DNA of 64,000 nt from Dendrobates tinctorius (Eukaryota), in contig NW_027361819.1 of NCBI RefSeq assembly GCF_039654945.1, positions 5,828,001 through 5,892,000 on the forward strand. Direction: 5' to 3'. Numbering within the stretch: the first letter of the stretch is position 1; every line of letters begins with the position of its first letter. The translations under genes and the position numbers were made by a program. Shown in pieces: positions 27,318 through 41,845 of the stretch. The notes beneath the pieces were generated by a model. The model saw only the letters and a program-made list of their open reading frames with translations, was not told where the DNA came from and did no database searches.

Positions 27318-28750
27318 AGATTTTGAATTTCTGCACACACTTTTGGACACTGGACACTTTTGGATTGTGTGAGGCCCAATGAATATCTGAGCGCTATGTG
27401 ACAAGCTCGATGGCACAGCTGTGACCTAAGTGACTAGAGGATAAGTGAGAGTTTGAATCTCTGCACACACTTTTGGACACTGGACACTTTTGGATTGTGT
27501 GAGGCCCAATGAATATCTGAGCGCTATGTGACAAGCTCGATGGCACAGCTGTGACCTAAGTGACTAGAGGATAAGTGAGAGTTTGAATCTCTGCACACAC
27601 TTTTGGACACTGGACACTTTTGGATTGTGTGAGGCCCAATGAATATCTGAGCGCTATGTGACAAGCTCGATGGCACAGCTGTGACCTAAGTGACTAGAGG
27701 ATAAGTGAGAGTTTGAATCTCTGCACACACTTTTGGACACTGGACACTTTTGGATTGTGTGAGGCCCAATGAATATCTGAGCGCTATGTGACAAGCTCGA
27801 TGGCACAGCTGTGACCTAAGTGACTAGAGGATAAGTGAGAGTTTGAATCTCTGCACACACTTTTGGACACCGGACACTTTTGGATTGTGTTAGGCCCAAT
27901 GAATATGTGAGCGCTATGTGACAAGCTCGATGGCACAGCTGTGACCTAAGTGACTAGAGGATAAGTGAGAGTTTGAATCTCTGCACACACTTTTGGACAC
28001 TGGACACTTTTGGATTGTGTGAGGCCCAATGAATATCTGAGCGCTATGTGACAAGCTCGATGGCACTGCTGTGACCTAAGTGACTAGAGAATAAGTGAGA
28101 TTTTGAATCTCTGCACACACTTTTGGACACTGGACACTTTTGGATTGTGTGAGGCCCAATGAATATCTGAGCGCTATGTGACAAGCTCGATGGCACAGCT
28201 GTGACCTAAGTGACTAGAGGATAAGTGAGAGTTTGAATCTCTGCACACACTTTTGGACACTGGACACTTTTGGATTGTGTGAGGCCCAATGAATATCTGA
28301 GCGCTATGTGACAAGCTCGATGGCACAGCTGTGACCTAAGTGACTAGAGGATAAGTGAGAGTTTGAATCTCTGCACACACTTTTGGACACTGGACACTTT
28401 TGGATTGTGTGAGGCCCAATGAATATCTGAGCGCTATGTGACAAGCTCGATGGCACAGCTGTGACCTAAGTGACTAGAGAATAAGTGAGATTTTGAATCT
28501 CTGCACACACTTTTGGACACTGGACACTTTTGGATTGTGTGAGGCCCAATGAATATCTGAGCGCTATGTGACAGGCTCGATGGCACAGCTGTGACCTAAG
28601 TGACTAGAGAATAAGTGAGATTTTGAATCTCTGCACACACTTTTGGACACTGGACACTTTTGGATTGTGTGAGGCCCAATGAATATCTGAGCGCTATGTG
28701 ACAAGCTCGATGGCACAGCTGTGACCTAAGTGACTAGAGGATAAGGGAGA
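27318..28750. repeat. 130-bp tandem repeat x11 inside the hAT 5' region
   Basis: CTGCACACAC recurs at 27331, 27461, ... 28631 with an exact 130-bp period and near-identical units. Confidence 0.96.
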
Positions 28751-29613
28751 TTGGATTGCTTTTAAAAAAGCAGTTTGCGGAGCAGTGGGTAAACAGCAAT
28801 GCCAGCCTGTCAGGAAGCCTTAGAAGGCAGCCCAACAACCAACACCACTGATACACCACTATATAGCCTCCCCTTGCACTGCACACACAGTGACTGGTGT
28901 GTTGTGCAGGCCAAATCGCTAGCAGCAGAAGCAGTTTTTTGGTCTTCTTCCCTGCCTAACGCTCTCCCTACAGAATCAGCAGCAACCTCTCCCTATACTG
29001 AGATCGGCAGAAGTAAGATGGCGGTCGGCGTGCACGCCCTTTTATACCCCCTGTGACGCCCACCAAAGCAAGCCAATCACTTGCATGCCCTTCTGAAAGA
29101 TGGTGGTGACCCGAGCCTAAGTCATCACGTTGCCCACAGTGTCCGTGGATCCTGATTGGCGCAAAACAAACTTTTGAAACGCGACTTTGGCGCGTAAGTC
29201 GCCGACCTCGTGGCCGACCTCATCCTAGGGTCGGGTTTCGTTTCATGAAACCCGACTTTGCCAAAAGTCGGCGACTTTTGAATTTTTTCGACCCGTTTCG
29301 CTCAACTCTAATCTGGCTCAGTTTACTTCCTCATGGGAGGTGAGAGATACCGATGATGTTACGACTCTATGACTCTGCTTACCTGCTGAGACTTATGCAC
29401 CATCAGCAGATACCGTGCACTTGTCCTGTTCATTAAAATAGGACACTTATATCATACTTACCAATTGTGCATGTTTTGGCAGCATTATGGGGCTGTAATG
29501 TCATCGGCACTGGAAGATACCTCAGGAAGTGTGCGAGCCCTGAACTGGGAATTACAACAGGAAGTGTGTGAGTGCTGAGCTGGGAGTTACCTCAGGAAGT
29601 GAACGAGCCCTTA

Positions 29614-31230
<1,617 letters not shown>

Positions 31231-32529
31231 TAGCTGGGAGTTATCTCAGGAAGTGTGCGAACCCTTAGCTGGGAGTTTCCACAGAAATTGTGTGAGCGCT
31301 GAGCTGGGAGTTACCTCAGGAAGTGAACGAGCCCTTAGGTGGGAGTTACCTCAGGAGGTTTGCGAGCCCTGAGCTGGGAGTTTCCTCAGAAATTGTGTGA
31401 GCCCTGAGCTGGGAGTTACCTCAGGAAGTGTGCGAGCCCTGAGCTGGGAGTTTCCTCAGAAATTGTGTGAGCGCTGAGCTGGGAGTTACCTCAGGAAGTG
31501 AACGAGCCCTTAGGTGGGAGTTACCTCAGGAAGTGTGATAGCCCTGAGCTGGGAGTTTCCTCAGAAATTGTGTGAGCCCTGAGCTGGGAGTTACCTCAGG
31601 AAGTGTGCGAGCCCTGAGCTGGGAGTTACCTCAGGAAGTGTGCGAGCCCTGAGCTGGGAGTTACCTCAGGAAGTGTGCGAGCCCTGAGCTGGGAGTTTCC
31701 TCAGAAATTGTGTGAGCCCTGAGCTGGGAATGATCTCAGGAAGTGTGCAAGCCCTTAGTTGGGAGTTACCTCTGGAAGTGTGCAAGCCCTGAGCTGGGAG
31801 TTACCTCAGGAAGTGTGTGAGCCCTGAGCTGGGAGTTACATCAGGAAGTGTGCGAGCCCTGAGCTGGGAATTACCTCAGGAAGTGTGCAAGCCCTTATCT
31901 GGGAGTTACCTCAGGAAGTGTGCGAGCCCTGAGCTGGGAGTTACCTCAGGAAGTGTGCGAGCCCTGAGCTGGGAGTTACCTCTGGAAGTGTGCGAGCCCT
32001 GAGCTGGGAGTTACCTCAGGAAGTGTGTGAACTCTGAGCTGGGAGTTACCTCAGGAAGTGTGCGAGCCCTGAGCTGGGAGTTACCTCAGGAAGTGTGCGA
32101 GCCCTGAGCTGGGAGTTACCTCTGGAAGTGTGCGAGCCCTGAGCTGGGAGTTACCTCAGGAAGTGTGCGAGCTCTGAGCTGGGAGTTACCGCAGGAAGTG
32201 TGCGAGCCCTGAGCTGGGAGTTACCGCAGGAAGTGTGCGAGCCCTGAGCTGGGAGTTACCGCAGGAAGTGTGCGAGCCCTGAGCTGGGAGTTACCGCAGG
32301 AAGTGTGCGAGGCCTGAGCTGGGAGTTACCTCAGGAAGTGTGCGAGCCCTGAGCTGGGAGTTACCTCAGGAAGTGTGCGAGCCCTGAGCTGGGAGTTACC
32401 TCAGGAAGTGTGTGTCCTGAGCTGGGAGTTACCTCAGGAAGTGTGTGTCCTGAGCTGGGAGGCTTCTCTCAGCCGTTTCTATGGCAGCTTGTTGTGAGAA
32501 TAATTAACTTTCATACAGGAAAGATCTAT

Positions 32530-32680
32530 ATCTTTGTACCGTGTTAGCCAGTAGATAGAAGAATATTCAGAATTGAGAGTCCTCAGCGGTTGATACCTTT
32601 TAATGGCTACCTGAAAAGATGGTGACACATTGCAGCTTTCAAGACTACTCAGGTCTCTTCATCAGGCACAGACTAATACA
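32530..32680 (-). mobile_element. Penelope-like terminal fragment with a degenerate minimal hammerhead motif
   Basis: Minus strand CCTGATGAA-GAGAC-CTGAGTA-GTCTT-GAAAGCTG followed by ATTAAAAGGTATCAAC, resembling vertebrate Penelope pLTR ends. Confidence 0.6.
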
Positions 32681-33330
32681 ACGTCTGAAGAATCACATAT
32701 TTATATGGAAAACAGCACAGAAATAAGGCTATACTTTCATACACACATTGGCCAGTAGATGGCAGCAAAGCACATTTATGTCTCCTCAGTATACAGTGCA
32801 ATGTATTACATCCCATAACTCACAGCGCCCAAACTAATCCTGACACACTGGAACAAATCTACTGCCACAAGACAGCTGCCTCATCCAGCAGCAGTAGAAC
32901 GGGCATCGGGATACCACAAATCCATTCTTGAGATATTAACATTTTCTTTTATTCTAAGCTAGTTGCCTAGGAGACCGACCACCACTGCCATCTAGCTTGT
33001 AAGCAGTGTGCTAATGCTGGCTGGGATTAGGAGTTAGCATTGTGTTCCAGCAACCCTGGCCAGCTTCCAACCAGAGCTTACACGTTCCATAGAAAATTGT
33101 TTGCAAACCTTGTGCAAGTTCTGTTGTCTAGGAGAAGTGGTCGGTCTCCAAAGCAACCATCTGTAAACAAAGAAAAGTGTCAATATTTCAAGAATGTCTG
33201 AAAATTTTAATGAGCAGTGAATTGCAGATTTGCTTGCATTTACAAGCTGTATCCGATAAATTCCATTTGTGAAGATGGAGTAAAGCTCCTTTAATTCTGT
33301 AAAATGAATAAACATTATGTGAGAACTTAA

Positions 33331-34960
33331 CCCCTTAACGACCGCCGATACGCCTTTTAACGGCGGTAGTTAAGGGTACTTAAACCAAAAAAAGTGTATA
33401 GCGCCTCTCAGAGTCGGATTCTCTCCGGGGTCTCTGCTGCCAGGGGTAGCCAAGACCCCAGAGAACATGATTTGGGTCGGTTTTTACCAACTCCGCTTTT
33501 GCGATCGCCATCATTAACCATATAACTGCGACCGCAAAAAAAAGCCGCTATTTTGCATTAACTTTCTCTCTCCTCTGATGTGATTGCACATCAGAGGAGA
33601 GAGAAATAAGGTCCCCGGTGGTCCTCTCGGTCCTCGGGCCCTCCTGCATCCTCCGGTGGGCGCCACCCTCTTCTTCCTGGAAGAAAATGGTGGGCGCATG
33701 CGCGGTGCACCCGCCGAATCTGCTCACCACACATCTAGATAAGCTCCTTGAGGGGGTCTACTTTTCAAAATGGGGTCACATCTGGGGGGTTTAAGCACAT
33801 CAGGGGCTCTGCAAACGCAACATGATGCCCGCAGAACATTCCATCAAAGTCTGCATTCCAAAATGGCGCTCCTTCCCTTCCGAGCTCTCCTATGTGCCCA
33901 AACAGTGGTTTACCCCCACAGATGGGGTATCAGTGTACTCAAGACAAATTGCACAACAACATTTGTGGTCCAATTTCTCCTGTTAGGCTTGTGAAAATAA
34001 AAAATAGCAGGCTAAAAAATAATTTTTGAGGAAAAAAAATAATTTTTTTTATTTTCACTTTGTTGCGTTATAAACTCTTGTGAAGCGCACTTGTGGGTTC
34101 AAAGTTCTCACCACACATCTAGATAAGTTCCTTAAGGGGTCTAGTTTCCAAAATGGGGTCACTTGTGGGGTTTTTTCACTGTTTAGGCACATAAGATGCT
34201 CTCCAAACGTGACATGGCGTCCAATCTCAATTCCAGCCAATTCTGCATTGAAAAAGTCAAACGGCGCTCTTTCACTTCTGAGCTCTGCCATGTGCCCAAT
34301 CAGTGGTTCCCCCCACATATGGGGTATGGGCATATTCAGGAGAAATTGTACAACAACTTTGGGGGTCTAATTTCTCCTGTTACCCTTGTAAAAAAAATAA
34401 AAATTTGGGGGTGAAAAGATAATTTTTGTGGGAAAAAAAATGATTTTTTATTTTAACGGCTCTACATTATAAACTTCTGTGAAGCACTTGGAGGTTCAAA
34501 GTGCTCACCACACATCTAGGTAAGTTCCTTAAGGGGTCTAGTTTCCAAAATGGGGTCACTTGTTGGGGGTTTCCATTGTTTAGGCACATCGGGGGCTCTC
34601 CAAATGCAACACGGCGTTCGATCTCAATTCCAGCCAATTCTGCATTGAAAAAGTCAAACGGCGCTCCTTCCATTCCAAGCTCTGCTGTGCGCCCAAACAG
34701 TGGTTTACCCCCACATATGGTGTATTCAGGAGAAATTGTACAACAAATTTTGTGGTTCATTTTCTCTTTTTACACTTGTAAAAATAAAAAAAAAATTGGT
34801 TCTGAAGTAAAATGTTTGTAAAAAAAAGTTATAATATTTCCGTTTTTTTCATAAATAAATTCAAGTCATATCGAAGAAATTTTATCATAAAGTACAATAT
34901 GTCACGAAAAAACAAATTGGCCTGGTGATTGAGCTGAAAATTGGCTCTGTCACTAAGAGG
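33331..34960. mobile_element. Non-autonomous piggyBac-type element with internal ~390-bp tandem repeats
   Basis: TTAA at 33327-30 and 34961-64. TIRs CCCCTTAACGAC / GTCACTAAGAGG. ACCACACATCTAG recurs at ~33727, 34110 and 34508. Confidence 0.75.
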
Positions 34961-36184
34961 TTAATTAGTGTAGGAAAAAAAATATTTAGCAGAGGAAGTT
35001 GTGAACTGGCATGGGAATGTTCCCTTAGGTATACAGTGTAATTGTTAGGGCAGCCTAATATTTGATGTGAAGCCTGTGGCTCCATTTGTAACCATCGCAG
35101 AGGCGTTTACCGCTCCTGATTCACGGTTATTTTCATGCTGTTTTCTTCACTTATTTCGCGACATTCTACTGTTACGGAGTCACTGCCACTGATGAATATT
35201 TCCGCAACCGCTTTGAAATATTAAAAACTTATTCTTTTTGATAATTTGACAAACTGCAAACCCTAAAACCTAATGGTGCTAGATAATGTCAGAAGCCACA
35301 TTACAGTAAAAACTCAAAAGAAAGCCATAAAAATCTAACCGAGGTTAATTACAGCCTCCCAGTACAATATATGGTTGTAAAATTCGCTTTTCACCATGGT
35401 AATATGTGGCCTCCTCTATTGCAGTGTTTCTTTTCCACGCTAATTAAGCAATTAAAGTCCGATCATAGTATTAATACTATAATAATTTTCACTTTGGACC
35501 TGGAGCGCCACCTGATGGTGAAAAACTGCTATATGGATTCTTCATTTTTGAACAAGCAGCTGGGAAAACGGTAAATTTCCATTACAGGGGTGGCCAGTGT
35601 TGGACTGGGTTGGCAAAAGCCCACCAATAACATTGTCCGTCAAGCTACATGCATAAATATCCTGCGTCTTGTATAGAAATTTACCTTTGCTTCTATGTAA
35701 TATTAAATCAGACCTTTTTTCTACAAATTGTGTAGTCAGCATTCCTTCACAGGGGCCTACCAGTGGATTCTCCTGTTCCCCAGTGGGCCAGTCCGAGCCT
35801 GGAGGTCGTTCACTTTTGGTGTCAGTTTTTTTTGTCTTACCTAAATACATGTAATTTTTGGTTAAAAATCATTTTTATAATTGGGTTATGTTAAACATTT
35901 TGAACCATTTACCATCTTAACCCTCTGTCTATTGCTGGCTGCAGAATAATTAAACTGAAAATCCATCAGTTAACTAATTATGGGGCTACAATGGGAAAGT
36001 TTGTATTTTCTTATGTGTTTTTTTTATTTTTAACGCCTCTCAATAATCTATGACCTCATCAAAGTTAAATGTGCAAGAAAACAAAAAGCCTGTAAAAGCC
36101 AAATAGATCACCATGTTTAATGAAAAACAACAGAAAAAAATATTTTTACCTCAAAATACATGCATTTAAATTAAAAAAACAAAA

Positions 36185-37645
36185 AACGTTCCCCCAGAGG
36201 AGGACAATCTCAAACTGAACGTTCCGCCAGAGGAGGACAATATCAAACTGAACATTCCCCAGAAGAGGACAACCTCAAACTGAATGTTCCCCCCGAGGAG
36301 GACATCCTCAAACTAAACGTTCCCCCAGAGAAAGACAACGTCAAAGTGAACGTTCCCCCAAAGAAGGACAACATCAAACTGAACGTTCCTCCAGAGAAGG
36401 GCAGCCTCAAACTGAACGTTCCCCCAGAGGAGGACAACCTCAACTCAAACTGAATGCTCCCACAGAGGAGGACAACCTCAAACTGAATATTCCCCCAGAG
36501 GAGAACAACTTAAAACTGAATGCTCCCACAAAGGAGGACAACCTCAAACTGAATATTCCCCCAGAATAGGACAACCTCAAACTGAATATTCCCCCAGAGG
36601 AGGACAACCTCAAACTGAACGTTCCCCCAGAGGAGGACAACCTAAAACTGAATGTTCCCTACTAGAGGACAACGTCAAACTGAACATTCCTTCAGAGGAG
36701 GACAGCCTCAAACTGAATGATTCCCCAGAGGAGGACAACCTCAAAAATTGAATGCTCCCCAGAGGAGGACAACATCAAACTGAACGTTCCCCCAGGGGAG
36801 GACAACGTCAAACTGAACATTCCCTCAGAGGAGCAGTCTCAAACTAAAAGATCACCCAGAGGAGGACAACCTCAAACTGAATGTCCCCCTAGAGGAGGAC
36901 AACCTCAAACTAAACATTCCCCCAGAGGAGGACAACATCAAACTGAACGTTCCCCCAGGAGAGGACAATGTCAAACTGAATGTTCTCTCATAGGTGGACA
37001 GCCTCAAACTGAATGTTCCCCCAGAGCAGGACATCCTCAAACTGAACGTTCCCCCAGAGGAGGACAACGTCAAAGTGAACGTTCCCCTAGAGGAGGATAA
37101 CATCAAATCAAACTGAATGCTCCCACAGAGGAGCCAACCTCAAACTGAACATTCCCCCAGAAGAGGACAACGTCAGACTGAACGTTCCCCCAGAGGAGGA
37201 CAATCTCAAACTGAATGTTCTCCCAGAGGAGGACAACATCAAACTGAACGTTCCCCCAGGGAAGGACAACGTCAAACTGAACGTTCCCTCAGAGGAGGAC
37301 AGCCTCATACTGAATGTTCCCCCATAAAAGGACAACCTCAAACTGAATGTTCCCCCAGAGGAGGGCAACCTCAAAAATTGAACGTTCCCCCAGAGGAAGG
37401 CAACATCAAACTGAACGTTCCCCCAGGGGAGGACAACGTCAAACTGAATGTTCCCTCAGAGGAGCATAGCCTCAAACTGGACATTCACCCAGAGGAGGAA
37501 AACGTCAAACTGAACGTTCCCCCAGAGGAGGACAACCTCAAAATGAACATTCTCTCAGAGGAGGACAACCTCAAACTGAACGTTCACCCAGAGGAAGGCA
37601 ACCTCAATCTGACTGTTCCCTCCAAGGAGTTCAACCTCAAACTGA
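36185..37645. repeat. 33-bp minisatellite (CCCCCAGAGGAGGACAACCTCAAACTGAACGTT), ~44 diverged units
   Basis: Visible tandem units that produce 11-aa periodic ORFs on both strands. Confidence 0.93.
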
Positions 37646-38199
37646 TGCTTAAATATTTAATTTTTTTATTACATTTTTTAATATCTTAAATGGTCCTTTT
37701 CTCTAATCTTTAATGAGTTGCTGTCACAAAACCCCCAAAGCACAAATCAACCTCCCCCTGACATCCTTCCATCACGGCTCGCCTTCCTTTCGGTCCCTGG
37801 ATTGGCACCTGACGCTCCAGATCCTGAAAAAAAATACAGCTAGTTTCACATCTTTTTATATCATTTTCACATTATGTCCATATTTATTTCTGCCAGTAAT
37901 TAGTGATAATTTATTTCATCTGTCTGTAATACAGCTTATCAGACGATTTTGGGACATGAAATCTTCTTTCCTGTTTTCAGCTACTAAATTCATCTGAGGA
38001 AGACTCATTTTCAGAGCAGAAACATGCATCTATCTCAGAATCCCGACCCAATGACAAAGCTGTAAAATCATTTCTATTGTATCCTACTGAAACTTAGAGT
38101 CAGTTAAATCCCATCCTTTCCTCTGCCTCAAATAAGACAAGTCTATATTATTATGGAGGTCCCCAAGGACCCCACAGGATGAGCCTGATAATGCAGTAT

Positions 38200-38370
38200 A
38201 TGTCCCCTGCAGTCCCATGTAACATCAATGATAACAGAGTGATACCTCCAAGTACAGATAATGTACTAGATGTCACCTGCAGTCCTATGTAACACCACAG
38301 ATAACACAGTGATAACTCTCTCAGTACAGATAATGTATTAGATGTCACTGGCAGTCCTATGTAACAACAC
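38200..38370. repeat. ~70-bp tandem repeat remnant (~2.5 units)
   Basis: GCAGTCC(T/C)ATGTAACA recurs three times about 70 bp apart. Confidence 0.7.
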
Positions 38371-38599
38371 TTGACTATGTCTCCTATTTTATTTAGATTG
38401 CAGCCAGAATCACTACTTTTAGCTGCTGGGGCTCAGAGATGTAGAGAGGCTACTGCTAATTCTGTTTCTCCCCTTAGTGGCCCTCAGACCCACAGGGTAC
38501 ATGTCCCTGACTCTACCTTCCCCCTCAGATTTCTCTCTAGGGGTCGCCTTCTTTACCTTGATCTCTGGGTCTGGGCACCTCAGAGTGGGAGCAGATCAG

Positions 38600-38870
38600 A
38601 ATGTTATGTCTGAGGTCATCTACTAATGAAGGATCATTCAATGTCCAAGGTCTGTTGTCGTGTACAGGTAAAGGAGCAGCAATGTTATGTCTGAGGTCAG
38701 ATAAAGGAACATTCAATGTCCAGTTTGTGGCTATCTACTATAAAAGGAATATTCATTGTCCAGTCTATGGTTATCTGCTGGTTAAGGAGCATTCAATGTC
38801 TATTCTGTGGTCATCTGTATAAAGGAACATTCACTGTTTAGTGTGTGGTCATCTAATGATAAAGGAACTG
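38600..38870. repeat. 40-bp minisatellite, left remnant
   Basis: Degenerate units of CTACTGATAAAGGAACATTCAATGTCCAGTCTGTGGTCAT. Confidence 0.8.
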
Positions 38871-39194
38871 TGATGACAGAGCATTTTATCTAGATTAACC
38901 AGATGTCTATTTTCAGCAAGCCAGGTGGAATAGACTATTATCTGTATGTTGACTTTTGAATTTAGGTGTTTTTTTCTGGTTGGTCAAGAAAACACAGACT
39001 TTTGTTTGTTTAAGCCTGTAATATTGACTCATAAGTTGACATTTGATGTAACATATTGTGCTGTTATCCTGGATAACTATAGACTCAGGATAACTGAACA
39101 ATGATGTTTGCTGGTGTGTTGATTACACATTGTCCAGGTCAGCTAGCTCATTTACTTGCAAAACAGAGGAGTAAAACCTATGCAAATATATTAA

Positions 39195-41832
39195 AGTGTC
39201 CCTGTCAGCAGGATTGTGCACAGTAACCTACAGACAGTGTCAGGTTGGCACCGTTATACTGATTAAAATGATATCTTGGTTAATGAAATCCATCTTATGG
39301 TTGTTCTTTAATCTTTATTTTCAGTTTTGTGCTAATGAGAAGCTCATCCTCTGGGGCAGTCTGTGGAGTGGGCTGTGTTGGGTCTTCATGTGGTGCTCTG
39401 ATTAGATATTCATAATGCAGACTGCTGTGCTGACAGGTCACTGATCCCTCACTCAAGCAAAACTGATCCCTCGCTGACCTGCACACCTAGTTTGCATAAT
39501 GAATATCTGTACATACTTTAAAAAAAAAAATCTTCTGCAGGCAGGTGCCAACCAAGGCCCCTGTGCTCCAGCATAATTGCATGTTTCATGTGCCAGTAAT
39601 ATATGTTCTTCATGTTATTCAGCTAGAAAAAAAATCAATTCGAAAATGGCGCCCGCCGAGCCTGCGTCGGCACCATCTTGTTGGAGAAGAAAAAAAAAAT
39701 TCCTCCTCCAAGAGGGCGCCACCGAGCCTGCATAGTAGCAGCTATTTGATCATTGCTATATACACCTGTGATGAATAAAGCAGGATTTTGTGCTCCAATG
39801 TTGAATAGCAAGGCCTTTTAGTGTGATAATGAGAGAAGGCCAAAACAGAACTTCAAAGCTTGAGTAGTAGCCATGCCAGCAAGGGGCAGGAAGGTGCCTG
39901 GGGGCTTCAATTAGAAAATACCTGCCAGCTGGACACAGAAATACACATCCATTGTCTCTCCCAGCCGCTCCGACTCCATCCTAGGATCATGGATTATGAG
40001 CACACCTTTCGAGTTATAGACTCATAAAAAATATCCGCGTGACCCTGAGGAAATCGCGCATCTGTCAGTGCGACTCCTGAGTCCGTGAGGGCCCTGGGAC
40101 CTGAGATATAGAGATTGGCCCTCCACAGCGACCCAATGGGGCCATGTTTGCTCTCCACATGAAAGGCAAAACAAACCGCATTCACTGGTACCTCTTGTGT
40201 CCTGATCCGATCATGCTGTAGAAAGTTACCCCTTTGTTAGATATTAGGAATAAGTTCTGCAGGGAGCTAAAGGGTGGAGATTATTAGCCCACCCTCTGAC
40301 ACAGGAGGAGGAACCCAGCATGCTTAAGAACTAGCAGCACATGGCAGAGAGAGTCACTCTCACAGAAGAACCAAATGATGATGATCTAAGAAGGAACTGG
40401 GGACAGATCTGCCAAGGGGAGCAGCGGCCCACGCTTTGGGGTCTGTCCAGCAACTAAGATTCTTATACCTGAGCTCCCGGCATCCACATGCAACCTACAA
40501 CCTGACAAATTGACCTCCAGCTTAATATCTCTAAGTCTTGTACCCTTAGGCTACTTTCACACATCAGTTTTTTGCCGTCAGGCAGGATCCGGCTTTTTTT
40601 AGAAAAAACGGATCCGGCATAAATTTTGGAGAACTGTAGAAACGGATCCGTTTTTTTGCTGGATCCGTCTCTGTTCCTGGGGGCTGGCCAATTGGATCTG
40701 AGCATGCGCAGACTTAAAAAAACCGGATCCGGTGGCTGGATCCGTCTTTTTCTGGATCCGGCACATTCCGGCGCCCATAGACTTTCATTGTAGCAAAATG
40801 CTGGAAGCGCCGGATCCGGCGCTTCCGGCTTTTTCGCTGGAGACAAAAAACGTTACAGTAGCCGTTTTTTCCAGACGCCGGAATGAGACAAGTTGCCGGA
40901 TCCGGCAAAAAACGGATGAAACGCAATGCCATCCGGCACGATCCGGCGCTAATGCAAGTCAATGGGGAAAAACCGGATCCGGCATTGCATTTTGCCGGAT
41001 CCGGTTTTACAAAAAAAAGCCGGATCGCGCCTGAAGGCAAAAAACTGATGTGTGAAAGAGGCCTTATTGTTATATTTTACTCTGATTGCAAATCCACTGT
41101 AATTTGATTGTATAGCTTACTGTATATTTCTGTAATTATCTAGTGCACCCTTAAGGCAATTAAACCATAAAATTAATCTTGGGCTGATGCTTTTACTCTG
41201 ATTAGGAATCTTAGAATACCCAGCGGGTAACAGGACATCCTCCCCGGCGTCCATTTGCTCTAGGTGCAGTTCCCTTACTGACCTGAGAGACAAAGGGGGC
41301 GCCGGAGAGCTGTGCCTGTGTAGTTACGTCACATTGGTGACGTGGGAGGAACTGGTCTCTCCTCCACAACACCAATAGCTGCTTCTGCGTAGGCGCGGCA
41401 GGCGCCATTTTCAAATTAATTTTTTGTTTTTTTCTTGCTGAATAACATGAAGAACATGTATTATTGGGACACGAAATATGCGATTATGCAGCAGCGCAGA
41501 TGACACGGTCGGCACCTGCCTGCAGAATTTTTTTTAAAATTATGTACAGATATTCATTGTGTAAAATAGGGGGAGAGGCAGTGAGGGATCAGAGATCTGT
41601 CAGCAGTCTGTATTATGAATATCTAATTAGAGCACCACATAAAGAACCCCCAAAGCCCACCCCACAGGACGCCCCGGGGCACGAGCATATTGTTAACTGG
41701 AAACTGAAAATAAAGATTAAAGAACAACCACAAGACGGATTTCATCAACCAAGGTATCATTTTAATCAGTATAATGTCACCGACCTGACACTTTCTGTAG
41801 TCACTGAGCACAATCCTGCTGACAGGCTCCCT
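39195..41832. mobile_element. Kolobok/T2-type MITE with long inverted arms and nested insertions
   Basis: TTAA-AG...CT-TTAA ends (39191-94, 41833-36). The arms at ~39195-39670 and ~41400-41832 are diverged reverse complements. Confidence 0.75.
40549..41063. mobile_element. PIF/Harbinger-type palindromic MITE rich in GGATCC/CCGG
   Basis: TTA TSD (40546-48, 41064-66). TIR GGCTACTTTCACACATCAGTTTTTTGCC / GGCAAAAAACTGATGTGTGAAAGAGGCC. Confidence 0.85.
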
Positions 41833-41845
41833 TTAAATAATTAAA

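Larger units (their letters stand above)
24616..29310 (-). mobile_element. hAT transposon copy B: both ends intact, internally deleted (non-autonomous)
   Basis: TIRs TAGAGTTGAGCG / CGCTCAACTCTA. Perfect 8-bp TSD ATCTGGCT at 24608-24615 and 29311-29318. Similar subterminal motifs (GAAACCCGACTTT..CAAAAGTCGG) at both ends. Confidence 0.95.

Noticed and set aside
36243-37689. ORFs with 11-aa periodicity (up to 190 aa)
   Set aside because: They arise in several frames and on both strands from a 33-bp minisatellite, with scattered stops and frameshifts
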